The notes under the pieces are model-generated. The model had not been told where the DNA came from. It made no database searches and was given only the letters and a program-made list of their open reading frames with translations. Below, piece after piece: positions 53,608 to 62,389 of a DNA stretch of 64,000 bases. The stretch's first letter is position 1. The number at the start of each line of letters is the position of its first letter. The DNA is taken from contig DIPL01000014.1 of NCBI GenBank assembly GCA_002424095.1, positions 27,386-91,385 on the forward strand, in the 5' to 3' direction. The position numbers and the translations under genes were made by a program. Source of the stretch: Christensenella sp. UBA5489 (lineage in GTDB: Bacteria > Bacillota > Clostridia > Christensenellales > UBA1242).

Positions 53608-56589
53608 TTAAAAAACGGCAATATACGCAGTCAAAGATTTATTATTTTCATATTTATTTTCATTAACAATAGAATTTGACTTACCAAAAGAGCCTGCATT
53701 TTTTAATCTTTGTTCATATTTTATTTTATTTATATAATTAAGTTTTTCATTTAATTTTTTAATTTTTCGATGCGAATTACTGCGATTGCTATAAATTTTA
53801 TTTATCTTACTATAATCAGCTTTACTTTTTATTCTTTGATTATCTATGTCTGTTTGATTATTTTTATCCTCATCAACATTTCTTTCATTAATGATTTCCT
53901 TATCATTTTTTACTGAATCAGTATTGTCGTCTTTTTGACTTACATCAATTTCTTCGTTTTCTACTGTTTGTGGCATTGTGCGACTTTTGAAAGGTTTACT
54001 AGCCATTTCACAGGAATTAAAAGTTAAATTCAACTTATTTTGTAGTCTACGTCCCTTTTCAAATTTAGGCAAAGAAAGTAGGTTTTCTTTTATTTTATCA
54101 TCATTGTTTTTTAACTCATTGTTTGCTTTATTTCTAGAATAGTCATTAAAAGTCAAGGGCGTCGAAGGAAATTTATTTTCCGGTATTATGTTTTTTTCAG
54201 CATTTGTAGAATCTTTCAATTCTGTATTGGTTTTATTTCTAGTATTATTTTCATTGTTTATTATTTTGGAATTCGTTGAATTTGAGTTTTGATTTATTGA
54301 ATTATTGTTGTTATTTACGTTATTGTTTAAATTTTTACTATTATTTAAGTTATTATTATTGTTTATAGTCCTATCATTTCGTGAGTTAATTACATTTCTA
54401 TCACTTAAATTTTTTTCATTTTTTAATGTTCCATCCTCATTATTATTAATATTATTATTTACATTATTTTCAATTTCATTTTTATTATTTAAATCTCGTC
54501 GATTAATATTGTTTTGGTCATAAGGATTAAAATTTTCATTATTATTAAAATCATCATTTACATTATTATTTACATTGTCTTTAATATTATCTAAATCTTT
54601 TTCAAAGTTTGGCAAAGTTTTATTATCTTGTCTATTTAGATTATTAAAATTATCTTTAACACTGTCTTGATTGTTTAAGTCTTGATTGAAATCATTTTGA
54701 TTATTTTGGTTACGATCTTGATTGAAATTTTGATTGAAATTTTGATTGAATTCTTGATTGTAGTTTTGTCCCAAACTTTGATCGAATTCTTGATTATAAT
54801 TTTGATATTGATTATTCAAATATTCTCGTAGTAAAATACAATCAGGTCCAAAGCAAAATCCATAAAGATAACAATCATTGCCGTCAATACAAGGCTCTCC
54901 GTATGTGCGATAATTATAAAATAATGCAAATTGTGGGTCTTGGTTTGGTATATTTTGCGTATCCTGTAAGTCAGGCGAGTTAGGCTCTATATCAGGTTCT
55001 ATATTGGAATTTTTATCATTTATATTGTTATTTAAGGTATTGTTGTTCTTATTATTTTCATCCATAATGTTTGTATCGTTTGTATTAGCATCATCAGGTT
55101 TAGCATCAACATCCGTTACATCATTTTGATTTATTCTATTTAGATGATATTTTTTGTTGATATTGTTTATTTTGTTGGCATAATTGCCGTAACTATAATT
55201 ATAAGGGTTAGGGCAGGAAGGGCAATATGAATTATTTAACACATTATAATTCCCATCAATACATGATTCAATTTGTAATAAACTGTTTAGAATAGACTGT
55301 AAATTGCAATTTCTGTTATCCATACATCCCAAAAGTCTAATATATTTTGAATTTAAGGCATCTGTATTTTCGCCATTTTTTGTTCTTAATGATTTAATTG
55401 ATGCCAATTCATTATTTAATTCTGCTTTGTTCAAATTAATTTTATTGAAACTTGTATTTATATTATTTAATAAATCGTTGATTGCTTTTATTTGATTTTC
55501 ATCAAGTTTTATATCACCGCCTTTGATTTTATCCGCTAATTCTTTAATATATGCAATATTTTCATTTATTGATTTTATTAGATAATTACAATTTTTGTTG
55601 CATTCAACACATGAGTTGGAATTATTTTTTGTGTTTAATAATTTATTACCGTTTGTATTTGTCGCTGTTTTATTAATTAAATAATCATTGTTTGTTCTAA
55701 AATCATTATTATTTGGATTTGAATTTTTTGAATTGTTTAAGTTATTTAAGTTATTAGAGTTATAATCATAATTGTTGAAATTGTTATAATATCTATTATT
55801 ATCTTTTAAATTATTAATTCGATTTCTATAAAGACGATTGTTGTACTGTTTATAGTTTCTAACGCTACTATTTTCATCATTATTATTTTTAGTTACATTT
55901 TCGTTTCTATCACTGAGAACATTATTATTGATATCTCTATTTTCTCTATTTATATTCCTATCTATATTTTCAGCTTCGTCATTTTCATTTCTATATATGT
56001 TTTCATTATAATCCGTTTCATTATCATTATAGAAATTGCCTGCTTCTCGATATGTGTCAATATTTGAGCCCCAATATCTATTTCCCCAACCATTGCCATA
56101 ACCGCCGACGCCGTTGCCAAAATTACCGCCTAAATTATTACCGTAATTTCCGCCGAAATTGTTGCCATAGTTTCCACCATAATTCCCGCCATAATTGTTA
56201 TTGCCATAACCTCCAAAATTACCACCAAAGTTATTTCCACCAAAGCCATTATTAATACCGTTAACACCACCATATACACCATTTCCGCCGAATCCATTAT
56301 TGAAGCCACGGTTATAAAAATTGCCATAGGTATCGGTATTGCGATTAAAATTTGCAACATCAAATCTATAACCGCCATTTAATGCAACTTTCACTAAATT
56401 ATTATCACCGTTAAAACCATTAAATGTTATATCCTCGTTTTCAACATTATTTACTTTTTTTAATTCAGAAGACAACTTGTCCATCCTGCTATGAAGATTT
56501 GAACTTATAGCACCGTTTGAATTTGAATCACAGCCTGTAAAAACAAAGCACATCATAACTGCTATAAATCCGATAAAAAATTTTTTCAT
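53608..56589 (-). CDS. 993-aa asparagine-dominated low-complexity lipoprotein with G/Y/N repeats and two Cys-containing islands
   Basis: AAGGAGA SD. Lipoprotein signal (AVMMCFVFTGCDS). GGNYGGNYGNNFGGNYGNNLGGNFGNG repeats, NQNFNQNF repeats, and the islands CVECNKNCNY...CPSCPNPY and GEPCIDGNDCYLYGFCFGPDC. Confidence 0.7.
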   Translation of the reverse strand: MKKFFIGFIAVMMCFVFTGCDSNSNGAISSNLHSRMDKLSSELKKVNNVENEDITFNGFNGDNNLVKVALNGGYRFDVANFNRNTDTYGNFYNRGFNNGFGGNGVYGGVNGINNGFGGNNFGGNFGGYGNNNYGGNYGGNYGNNFGGNYGNNLGGNFGNGVGGYGNGWGNRYWGSNIDTYREAGNFYNDNETDYNENIYRNENDEAENIDRNINRENRDINNNVLSDRNENVTKNNNDENSSVRNYKQYNNRLYRNRINNLKDNNRYYNNFNNYDYNSNNLNNLNNSKNSNPNNNDFRTNNDYLINKTATNTNGNKLLNTKNNSNSCVECNKNCNYLIKSINENIAYIKELADKIKGGDIKLDENQIKAINDLLNNINTSFNKINLNKAELNNELASIKSLRTKNGENTDALNSKYIRLLGCMDNRNCNLQSILNSLLQIESCIDGNYNVLNNSYCPSCPNPYNYSYGNYANKINNINKKYHLNRINQNDVTDVDAKPDDANTNDTNIMDENNKNNNTLNNNINDKNSNIEPDIEPNSPDLQDTQNIPNQDPQFALFYNYRTYGEPCIDGNDCYLYGFCFGPDCILLREYLNNQYQNYNQEFDQSLGQNYNQEFNQNFNQNFNQDRNQNNQNDFNQDLNNQDSVKDNFNNLNRQDNKTLPNFEKDLDNIKDNVNNNVNDDFNNNENFNPYDQNNINRRDLNNKNEIENNVNNNINNNEDGTLKNEKNLSDRNVINSRNDRTINNNNNLNNSKNLNNNVNNNNNSINQNSNSTNSKIINNENNTRNKTNTELKDSTNAEKNIIPENKFPSTPLTFNDYSRNKANNELKNNDDKIKENLLSLPKFEKGRRLQNKLNLTFNSCEMASKPFKSRTMPQTVENEEIDVSQKDDNTDSVKNDKEIINERNVDEDKNNQTDIDNQRIKSKADYSKINKIYSNRSNSHRKIKKLNEKLNYINKIKYEQRLKNAGSFGKSNSIVNENKYENNKSLTAYIAVF
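54718..54813 (-). repeat. Eight consecutive 12-nt (4-codon) imperfect tandem units inside the N-rich gene
   Basis: On the + strand each unit begins ttg (ttgattgaaatt x2, ttgattgaattc, ttgattgtagtt, ...). They encode NFNQ/EFNQ-type repeats. Confidence 0.7.
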
Positions 56590-56795
56590 AAAAATTCTCC
56601 TTAAAATTTTATTTTTTCAGTTAAAAAAATTATATTATTTGTTAATTTTATTATTTGTAGATTTAAAAATTTTATGTAAATGTTTTTATAAAAATATAAG
56701 AATTATAATGGTAGAAAAATGAAAAATTTATGTTTTAAATTATAAATTAAAGGCAATAATTTTATAAGTGATTAATCAAATCAAAGGATTTTATT

Positions 56796-57242
56796 ATGGA
56801 TATACAAACAAGAAATCAAAAATATAATCAATATGTAGAGGCAAAAATGCCCAAAACAAAAAATTGGCCGAGTTTATTTAATTCTTTTTGGGTAGGTGGG
56901 CTTATTTGTGTTTTAGGACAAGGAATAAATGACTTGATTTTATTTGGATTTCCGACAATTGCCGAGCAAACAGCATGGGCATATACGCTTGTAATTTTAA
57001 TTTTTATGGCATCATTTTTAACGGGTATTGGGGTTTATGACCGCATAGGGCAGTTTGCGGGTGGCGGAACAATTGTGCCAATTACAGGCTTTTCAAATTC
57101 GGTTACAAGTCCAGCTCTTGATTTTAAAAGCGAGGGAATAATATTTGGAATGTGCGTTAAAATGTTTACAATAGTAGGACCAGTGCTTGTAATTGGTATT
57201 GTTGCAAGTGTTGTCGTCGGTTTAATTTATTTACTAATATAG
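56796..57242 (+). CDS. spoVAC: Stage V sporulation protein AC
   Basis: MPKTKNWPSLFNSFWVGGLICVLGQ and GGTIVPITGFSNS motifs, four TM segments, followed by spoVAD. Confidence 0.9.
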   Translation: MDIQTRNQKYNQYVEAKMPKTKNWPSLFNSFWVGGLICVLGQGINDLILFGFPTIAEQTAWAYTLVILIFMASFLTGIGVYDRIGQFAGGGTIVPITGFSNSVTSPALDFKSEGIIFGMCVKMFTIVGPVLVIGIVASVVVGLIYLLI

Positions 57243-57261
57243 TTAGCATTAAAAGGTGGTT

Positions 57262-58263
57262 ATGAAAAACTTTATCGGACAAACAATAGAATTTAAAAAT
57301 AAACCGAAAATAATCGGTAATTATTCAATTGTCGGTCCAAAAGAAGGGAAAGGGCATTTTGGTAAATTTTTTCATTGCGTTATGGATAATGATAGGTTTG
57401 ATGAAAAAACTTACGAAAAAGCTGAAAAAAAAATGATTGAAAAAGCACTTAGCGGGGCAATTAAATCAGCAGGCTTAAAACCTGAAAAAATTGATTTGTT
57501 TTTAGCAGGAGATTTGCTTAATCAAATAATAAGTTCAAGTTATGCTGCAAGGTCGTTTAATGTGCCGTATTTAGGATTGTTCGGTGCATGCTCAACAATG
57601 GCGGAAAGTTTAGCAATTGGCTCTTGTTTTATAGATGGAAAATATTTTGATACAGTGGCATGTGCCACCGTTAGTCATTTTTCAACAGCAGAAAGACAGT
57701 TTCGTTTTCCACTTGAACTCGGAAATCAGCGACCACCAACTTCACAATGGACAGCAACGGCAAGCGGTTGTAGCATACTTTCTTTGAAAGGGAAAGGACC
57801 ATATGTTTCAATGGCGACTTTCGGAAAAGTTACCGATTTTGGAATACACGATGTAAACAATATGGGTGCAGCAATGGCACCGGCGGCAATGAATACATTA
57901 GTTTCTCATTTTACAGATACAAAGACAAAACCTGATGACTATGATTTAATAATAACGGGTGATTTGGGTAAAATTGGAAGCGAAATTTTAATTGATTTAA
58001 TGGAGGATAAGGGCTATGTTCTTGGAATAAATTATTGCGATTGTGGTCAAATGATTTATAGAAGAAGGCAAAAACCTTTAATGGGTGGGAGTGGTTGTGG
58101 TTGTAGTGCTTCGATTTTAAATTCTTTTTTTATTGAAAAATTGAGAAAAAGAGTTTATAAAAAAATCCTTTATATGGCAACAGGTGCACTTTTAAGCACA
58201 ACTGCAACACAGCAAGGCGAATCGATTCCTGGAATTGCTCATGCCGTTGTAATAGAAAATTAA
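57262..58263 (+). CDS. spoVAD: Stage V sporulation protein AD
   Basis: Thiolase-like fold (GACSTMAESLAIG, GGSGCGCSA), size of ~334 aa, and operon context. ATG at 57262 follows GGTGG. Confidence 0.9.
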   Translation: MKNFIGQTIEFKNKPKIIGNYSIVGPKEGKGHFGKFFHCVMDNDRFDEKTYEKAEKKMIEKALSGAIKSAGLKPEKIDLFLAGDLLNQIISSSYAARSFNVPYLGLFGACSTMAESLAIGSCFIDGKYFDTVACATVSHFSTAERQFRFPLELGNQRPPTSQWTATASGCSILSLKGKGPYVSMATFGKVTDFGIHDVNNMGAAMAPAAMNTLVSHFTDTKTKPDDYDLIITGDLGKIGSEILIDLMEDKGYVLGINYCDCGQMIYRRRQKPLMGGSGCGCSASILNSFFIEKLRKRVYKKILYMATGALLSTTATQQGESIPGIAHAVVIEN

Positions 58264-58449
58264 TTTAAAAAAACAAATCACAAGATGATAAAAGATTCAT
58301 TCAATCTTAAATGGAAATTTATCAATATGCGGTGTAATATGCGTAACAAAGTACAACATATTGTGAGTAAAAAGTGTACTATGTAAGATATTAGGTACTA
58401 TGCAAAAAGAAATATTGTGATTTTAATGTGAGAAGTAAAAGGAAATAAT

Positions 58450-58812
58450 ATGTTATCTTATATTTGGATTTTTTTAATAGGTGGCTTTGTTTGTTCCATA
58501 GGACAATTATTAATTATTAAAACAAAAATGACATCTGCAAGAATTTTGGTTACATTTGTGATGGTCGGAGTGGTCTTGGAAACATTTGGAATTTTTGACA
58601 GTATTGCATCCTTTGCGAAAGCAGGAATTAATGTGCCGATTATAGGATTTGGTGCATCAATGACAAAAGGTGCAATTGCCGGCGCGGAAGCAAGAGGAAT
58701 AATTGGTGCCTTCGCGGGCGGTTTAGAAGCCGTTGCTGCTGGTGTTGCTTCGGCAGTTTTATTTGCATTTATTTTTGCACTTATTTTTAAGGCAAGGACA
58801 AAAAAGGATTAA
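58450..58812 (+). CDS. spoVAE: Stage V sporulation protein AE (SpoVAEB-type)
   Basis: IFLIGGFVCSIGQLLI and VPIIGFGASMTKGA motifs in a 120-aa membrane protein. Confidence 0.88.
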   Translation: MLSYIWIFLIGGFVCSIGQLLIIKTKMTSARILVTFVMVGVVLETFGIFDSIASFAKAGINVPIIGFGASMTKGAIAGAEARGIIGAFAGGLEAVAAGVASAVLFAFIFALIFKARTKKD

Positions 58813-58859
58813 TTGTTTTAAAATCAACTTTTCTAATATACTTTCATATATATAAATTA

Positions 58860-59543
58860 ATGAAGTCTTGGAAAAGAAAGAAGAAAGAGAAGTTTTCTTT
58901 TAAATTTAAGGCAGTTTCAGTGCTTTGTTTTTTTATTATATTTATAATTTTATTTTTGATTTATTTAGCAAATATTGTAAGTCCAGTTATTTTACAGGCT
59001 TCCGAAGCAAAAATAAAATCACTTACACAAAAAGCGATGAGCAGGGCAGTTTATTCAATTATAATGTCAGAGACTGATACTTATTCCGAACTTTTAAATT
59101 ATACTTATGACGAAGAAGGCTCTGTTTCTTTAATAACCGTGAATTCGATTTATGTAAATATGCTTTCAAGACAAATCACATCTCTTGCACAAAGCAGTAT
59201 TGATAATTTAGCTGATGCGGGAATTGATATAAATTTAGGCGCTTTCACGGGAATAACCGCTTTGGCTGATGCTGGTCCATTTGTAAAAATGAAATTAAAT
59301 GCAATTGGAACCGTATCAACCTTTTTTCGTTCTGAGTTTTTAAGTGCAGGTATCAACCAAACGAATCATAGAATTTATATAAATCTTCGAAGTGTAGTGA
59401 GTGTAATTTTGCCAATTAACAGTCCTCAGGTTAACGTTGCAACCGAAGTTATAGTTGGCGAAACCATTATAGTTGGAAAGATTCCGTCAACTTATTTACA
59501 ATCTTCAAATTTAGATGAAATGCTTAATCTTGTTCCTCATTAA
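58860..59543 (+). CDS. yunB: Sporulation protein YunB
   Basis: N-terminal TM segment and the YunB-type core (SEFLSAGINQTNHRIYINL...VGETIIVGKIPSTY). Confidence 0.8.
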   Translation: MKSWKRKKKEKFSFKFKAVSVLCFFIIFIILFLIYLANIVSPVILQASEAKIKSLTQKAMSRAVYSIIMSETDTYSELLNYTYDEEGSVSLITVNSIYVNMLSRQITSLAQSSIDNLADAGIDINLGAFTGITALADAGPFVKMKLNAIGTVSTFFRSEFLSAGINQTNHRIYINLRSVVSVILPINSPQVNVATEVIVGETIIVGKIPSTYLQSSNLDEMLNLVPH

Positions 59544-59692
59544 TACTTAAAAAGTTATTTGTAACCTTTTCATTCAAAACATTTGAAAATCAATTTAAAA
59601 GATGATATACTTTTAAGACTTTAAGGTTTATCAAATTTATTTCTGATTTATTTCTGAAATTTACTAAATTTTTTAATGTTAGGGGATTTTAA

Positions 59693-62293
59693 ATGGCAAC
59701 TTTTGATTTAAGTAATCAGAATTTTAATCAGCAAGGTAATAAAAATAGAATAATCGGAATTACTATTATAGTCATATGTTCTGTGGCTTTTTTAGTTTTG
59801 TTTACGTCATTTTTACCATTTTTAAAAAGTTTTTTACTTGGAACTATTGGTCTTTTTGCATATCCATCTTTTATAGTTCTTTTTTCGGTTGGAATTGCTT
59901 TTATTAATAATCGTCGTTATGTAATGCCACTAAAATATGTTGCATATATTTGTGCTGGAACAATAAGTTTGCTGGCAATTTTAAATTTAATAATAATTGG
60001 GCAACCTGAAATTTCTTTTCTTGATTATATAGCACTTTCATATGAGCAAAAATATACTGCTGGCGGAATTATCATAGGATTTTTAGTTGCTCCTCTTTTA
60101 TATATTTTTGGCTTTGCTGCTTCTTTAATAATTTTTTCAATAACTTTAATTGTTTCAGTTGCACTCATTATAGACTTTTTAAATACGATTAAAATATATG
60201 GCAAAAATTCTGTAATAAAAGACAATACAAGTGAATTGAAAATTGTTGAAATTTTGGACAATAAAAAGCAAAAAAGGGAAACGAAAGCAGAAAAACAACA
60301 GAAACAGACGGAAGCCAAAAACTTAAATGATGTAATTTCATTAAAAGATAGCAGTTTTAATTTGTTTTTAGACAAAAAAATGGAACAGCAAAAGAATACC
60401 GAAGCAAAAAGAAAACTAGGACTTATCAAAGGAAATTTAGAAGGCGAGAAATCACCTCGGAACAAACCAAAGACAATCCGTGAAATTTTATTGACACCGC
60501 CCGAAATTGATTTGTCGGCATACGGCTCATATAGGAAAAATAAAGAACGTGAAATAAATGATAATATTAATTCGCTTAAACAAGAGAAAAACTTCAATTC
60601 CAATATCTCCGAATTGCAAAAATCAAACATATTAAATGATTTCAAAGATTTAAATGAAAGTGATGAAAATTTTAAAAATACAATAGACAAATTAAAAGAA
60701 CAAGTTTATGAAAGTGGCGAAATAGAAAAAGAGCATAATGAAAATTTCAATAAGAAACCAAAGCGAAATTTTGCTCAACTTAAAATTGATAACTTTGAAA
60801 ATAATAATTCTTATCCAAAAAATTTATATAAAATTCCACCAAACTATTCTCATCCACCACTTGATTTGCTTGAAAACAGACCAGACGACCTTGACGCACT
60901 TAATGAAGATGTAGTCGAAAAACGAATTCAACTTGAAAATGCACTTAGAACATTCGGAATAAATGCTCACGTAATTGGTGTAGTTGTCGGACCGTCTGTA
61001 ACAAGATTTGAACTTGAAATGCCACCTGGCATTAGTGTTAAAAGAATAATTGCACATAAAGATGATATTTCACTTGCACTTGCATCAAGAGCAGGTATAA
61101 GAATTGAAGCCCCAATACCAGGTAAAAGTGCAGTTGGAATTGAAGTTCCGAATAATCATATAAGCACTGTTGGTTTACGAGAAGTAGTAGATTCTGATGA
61201 TTTTTTATCGAGTAAATCTCCCGTTACATTTGCACTTGGCAAAGATATAAATGGTTGCATTAAAACTTGTAACCTTGCTAAAATGCCTCATTTACTGGTC
61301 GCTGGTGCGACCAATTCGGGAAAGAGCATATTTTTAAATGCTTTAATTATCAGTATGATATATAAATCTTCGCCTGACGATTTACGGCTTATTTTAATTG
61401 ACCCCAAAAGAGTTGAATTTTCAATGTATAGCAACTTGCCACATTTGGTGATTCCTAATGTTATAACCGAAACTGAAAAAGCAAGCAATGCATTAACGTG
61501 GGCACTGAACGAAATGGAACGGCGCTATGAAATTTTCGAAACTGAAAGGTGTAGGAATATTGAAGAATATAATAATAGTCCGAATGTAATTTCGGGCGAA
61601 GAAAAAAAATTGCCATATATTGTTATTGTTATTGATGAATTTAGCGACCTTATGTCAATTATGAAAAAAGAAATTGAAGAAAAAGTTAAAAGACTTGCAC
61701 AAAAAGCACGTGCATCAGGCATTCATTTAGTTTTAACAACGCAGCGACCGTCTGTCGACGTGATAACAGGCACAATAAAAACAAATTTTCCATCAAGAAT
61801 TTCTTTTGCTTTGACATCGTTTGCAGATTCAAAAACAATTTTGGATCAGTCCGGTGCAGAAAATTTGCTTGGCAAAGGAGATATGCTTTTCTTGCCTTCT
61901 GATGCAAATTTTCCAGTAAGAATTCAAGGATGTTTTGTATCAAACAAAGAAGTCAAAGATGTTGTGCAATATATAAAAGAAAATAATCAACAAGAATTTG
62001 ATGATGAAGCAGGAAAAGAAATTGAAAGTTTAGTGCCAAATGGAGAAATAAACGATGAACTATCTGCACAAAAACTTGACCCCTTATCAATTAAATGTTT
62101 AAAATTTGTTATTGAAAACGGTCAAGCATCAATATCATCATTACAACGAAATTTTGCACTTGGATTCGGGAAAGCGGGGCGAATAATCGACAACCTTACA
62201 AAAATGGGATACATTTCAAAACAGGATGGAATGAAACCTCGTGATGTTTATTTAACAATGGATGGTTTTAAAAATCTATTCGGTGATGAATAA
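59693..62293 (+). CDS. ftsK: DNA translocase FtsK/SpoIIIE
   Basis: Four to five N-terminal TM helices, a long K/N/E-rich linker, motor-domain Walker A (LVAGATNSGKS), Walker B (IVIVIDEFSDL) and a C-terminal gamma winged helix (SISSLQRNFALGFGKAGRIID). Confidence 0.92.
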   Translation: MATFDLSNQNFNQQGNKNRIIGITIIVICSVAFLVLFTSFLPFLKSFLLGTIGLFAYPSFIVLFSVGIAFINNRRYVMPLKYVAYICAGTISLLAILNLIIIGQPEISFLDYIALSYEQKYTAGGIIIGFLVAPLLYIFGFAASLIIFSITLIVSVALIIDFLNTIKIYGKNSVIKDNTSELKIVEILDNKKQKRETKAEKQQKQTEAKNLNDVISLKDSSFNLFLDKKMEQQKNTEAKRKLGLIKGNLEGEKSPRNKPKTIREILLTPPEIDLSAYGSYRKNKEREINDNINSLKQEKNFNSNISELQKSNILNDFKDLNESDENFKNTIDKLKEQVYESGEIEKEHNENFNKKPKRNFAQLKIDNFENNNSYPKNLYKIPPNYSHPPLDLLENRPDDLDALNEDVVEKRIQLENALRTFGINAHVIGVVVGPSVTRFELEMPPGISVKRIIAHKDDISLALASRAGIRIEAPIPGKSAVGIEVPNNHISTVGLREVVDSDDFLSSKSPVTFALGKDINGCIKTCNLAKMPHLLVAGATNSGKSIFLNALIISMIYKSSPDDLRLILIDPKRVEFSMYSNLPHLVIPNVITETEKASNALTWALNEMERRYEIFETERCRNIEEYNNSPNVISGEEKKLPYIVIVIDEFSDLMSIMKKEIEEKVKRLAQKARASGIHLVLTTQRPSVDVITGTIKTNFPSRISFALTSFADSKTILDQSGAENLLGKGDMLFLPSDANFPVRIQGCFVSNKEVKDVVQYIKENNQQEFDDEAGKEIESLVPNGEINDELSAQKLDPLSIKCLKFVIENGQASISSLQRNFALGFGKAGRIIDNLTKMGYISKQDGMKPRDVYLTMDGFKNLFGDE

Positions 62294-62389
62294 AATTTTA
62301 AAAAGTATATTGTATAAAGATATTGAATTTATTTCAATTAATGATATAATAGTTGATTAATTGAAAGTAATTTATAATTGAGGAAAATT

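Noticed and set aside
59635-59656. Perfect tandem duplication of an 11-nt unit (atttatttctg x2) about 40 nt upstream of ftsK.
   Set aside because: The unit is short and AT-rich and is most simply explained by replication slippage. Nothing ties it to a binding site, though it could be revisited if it proves conserved in relatives.
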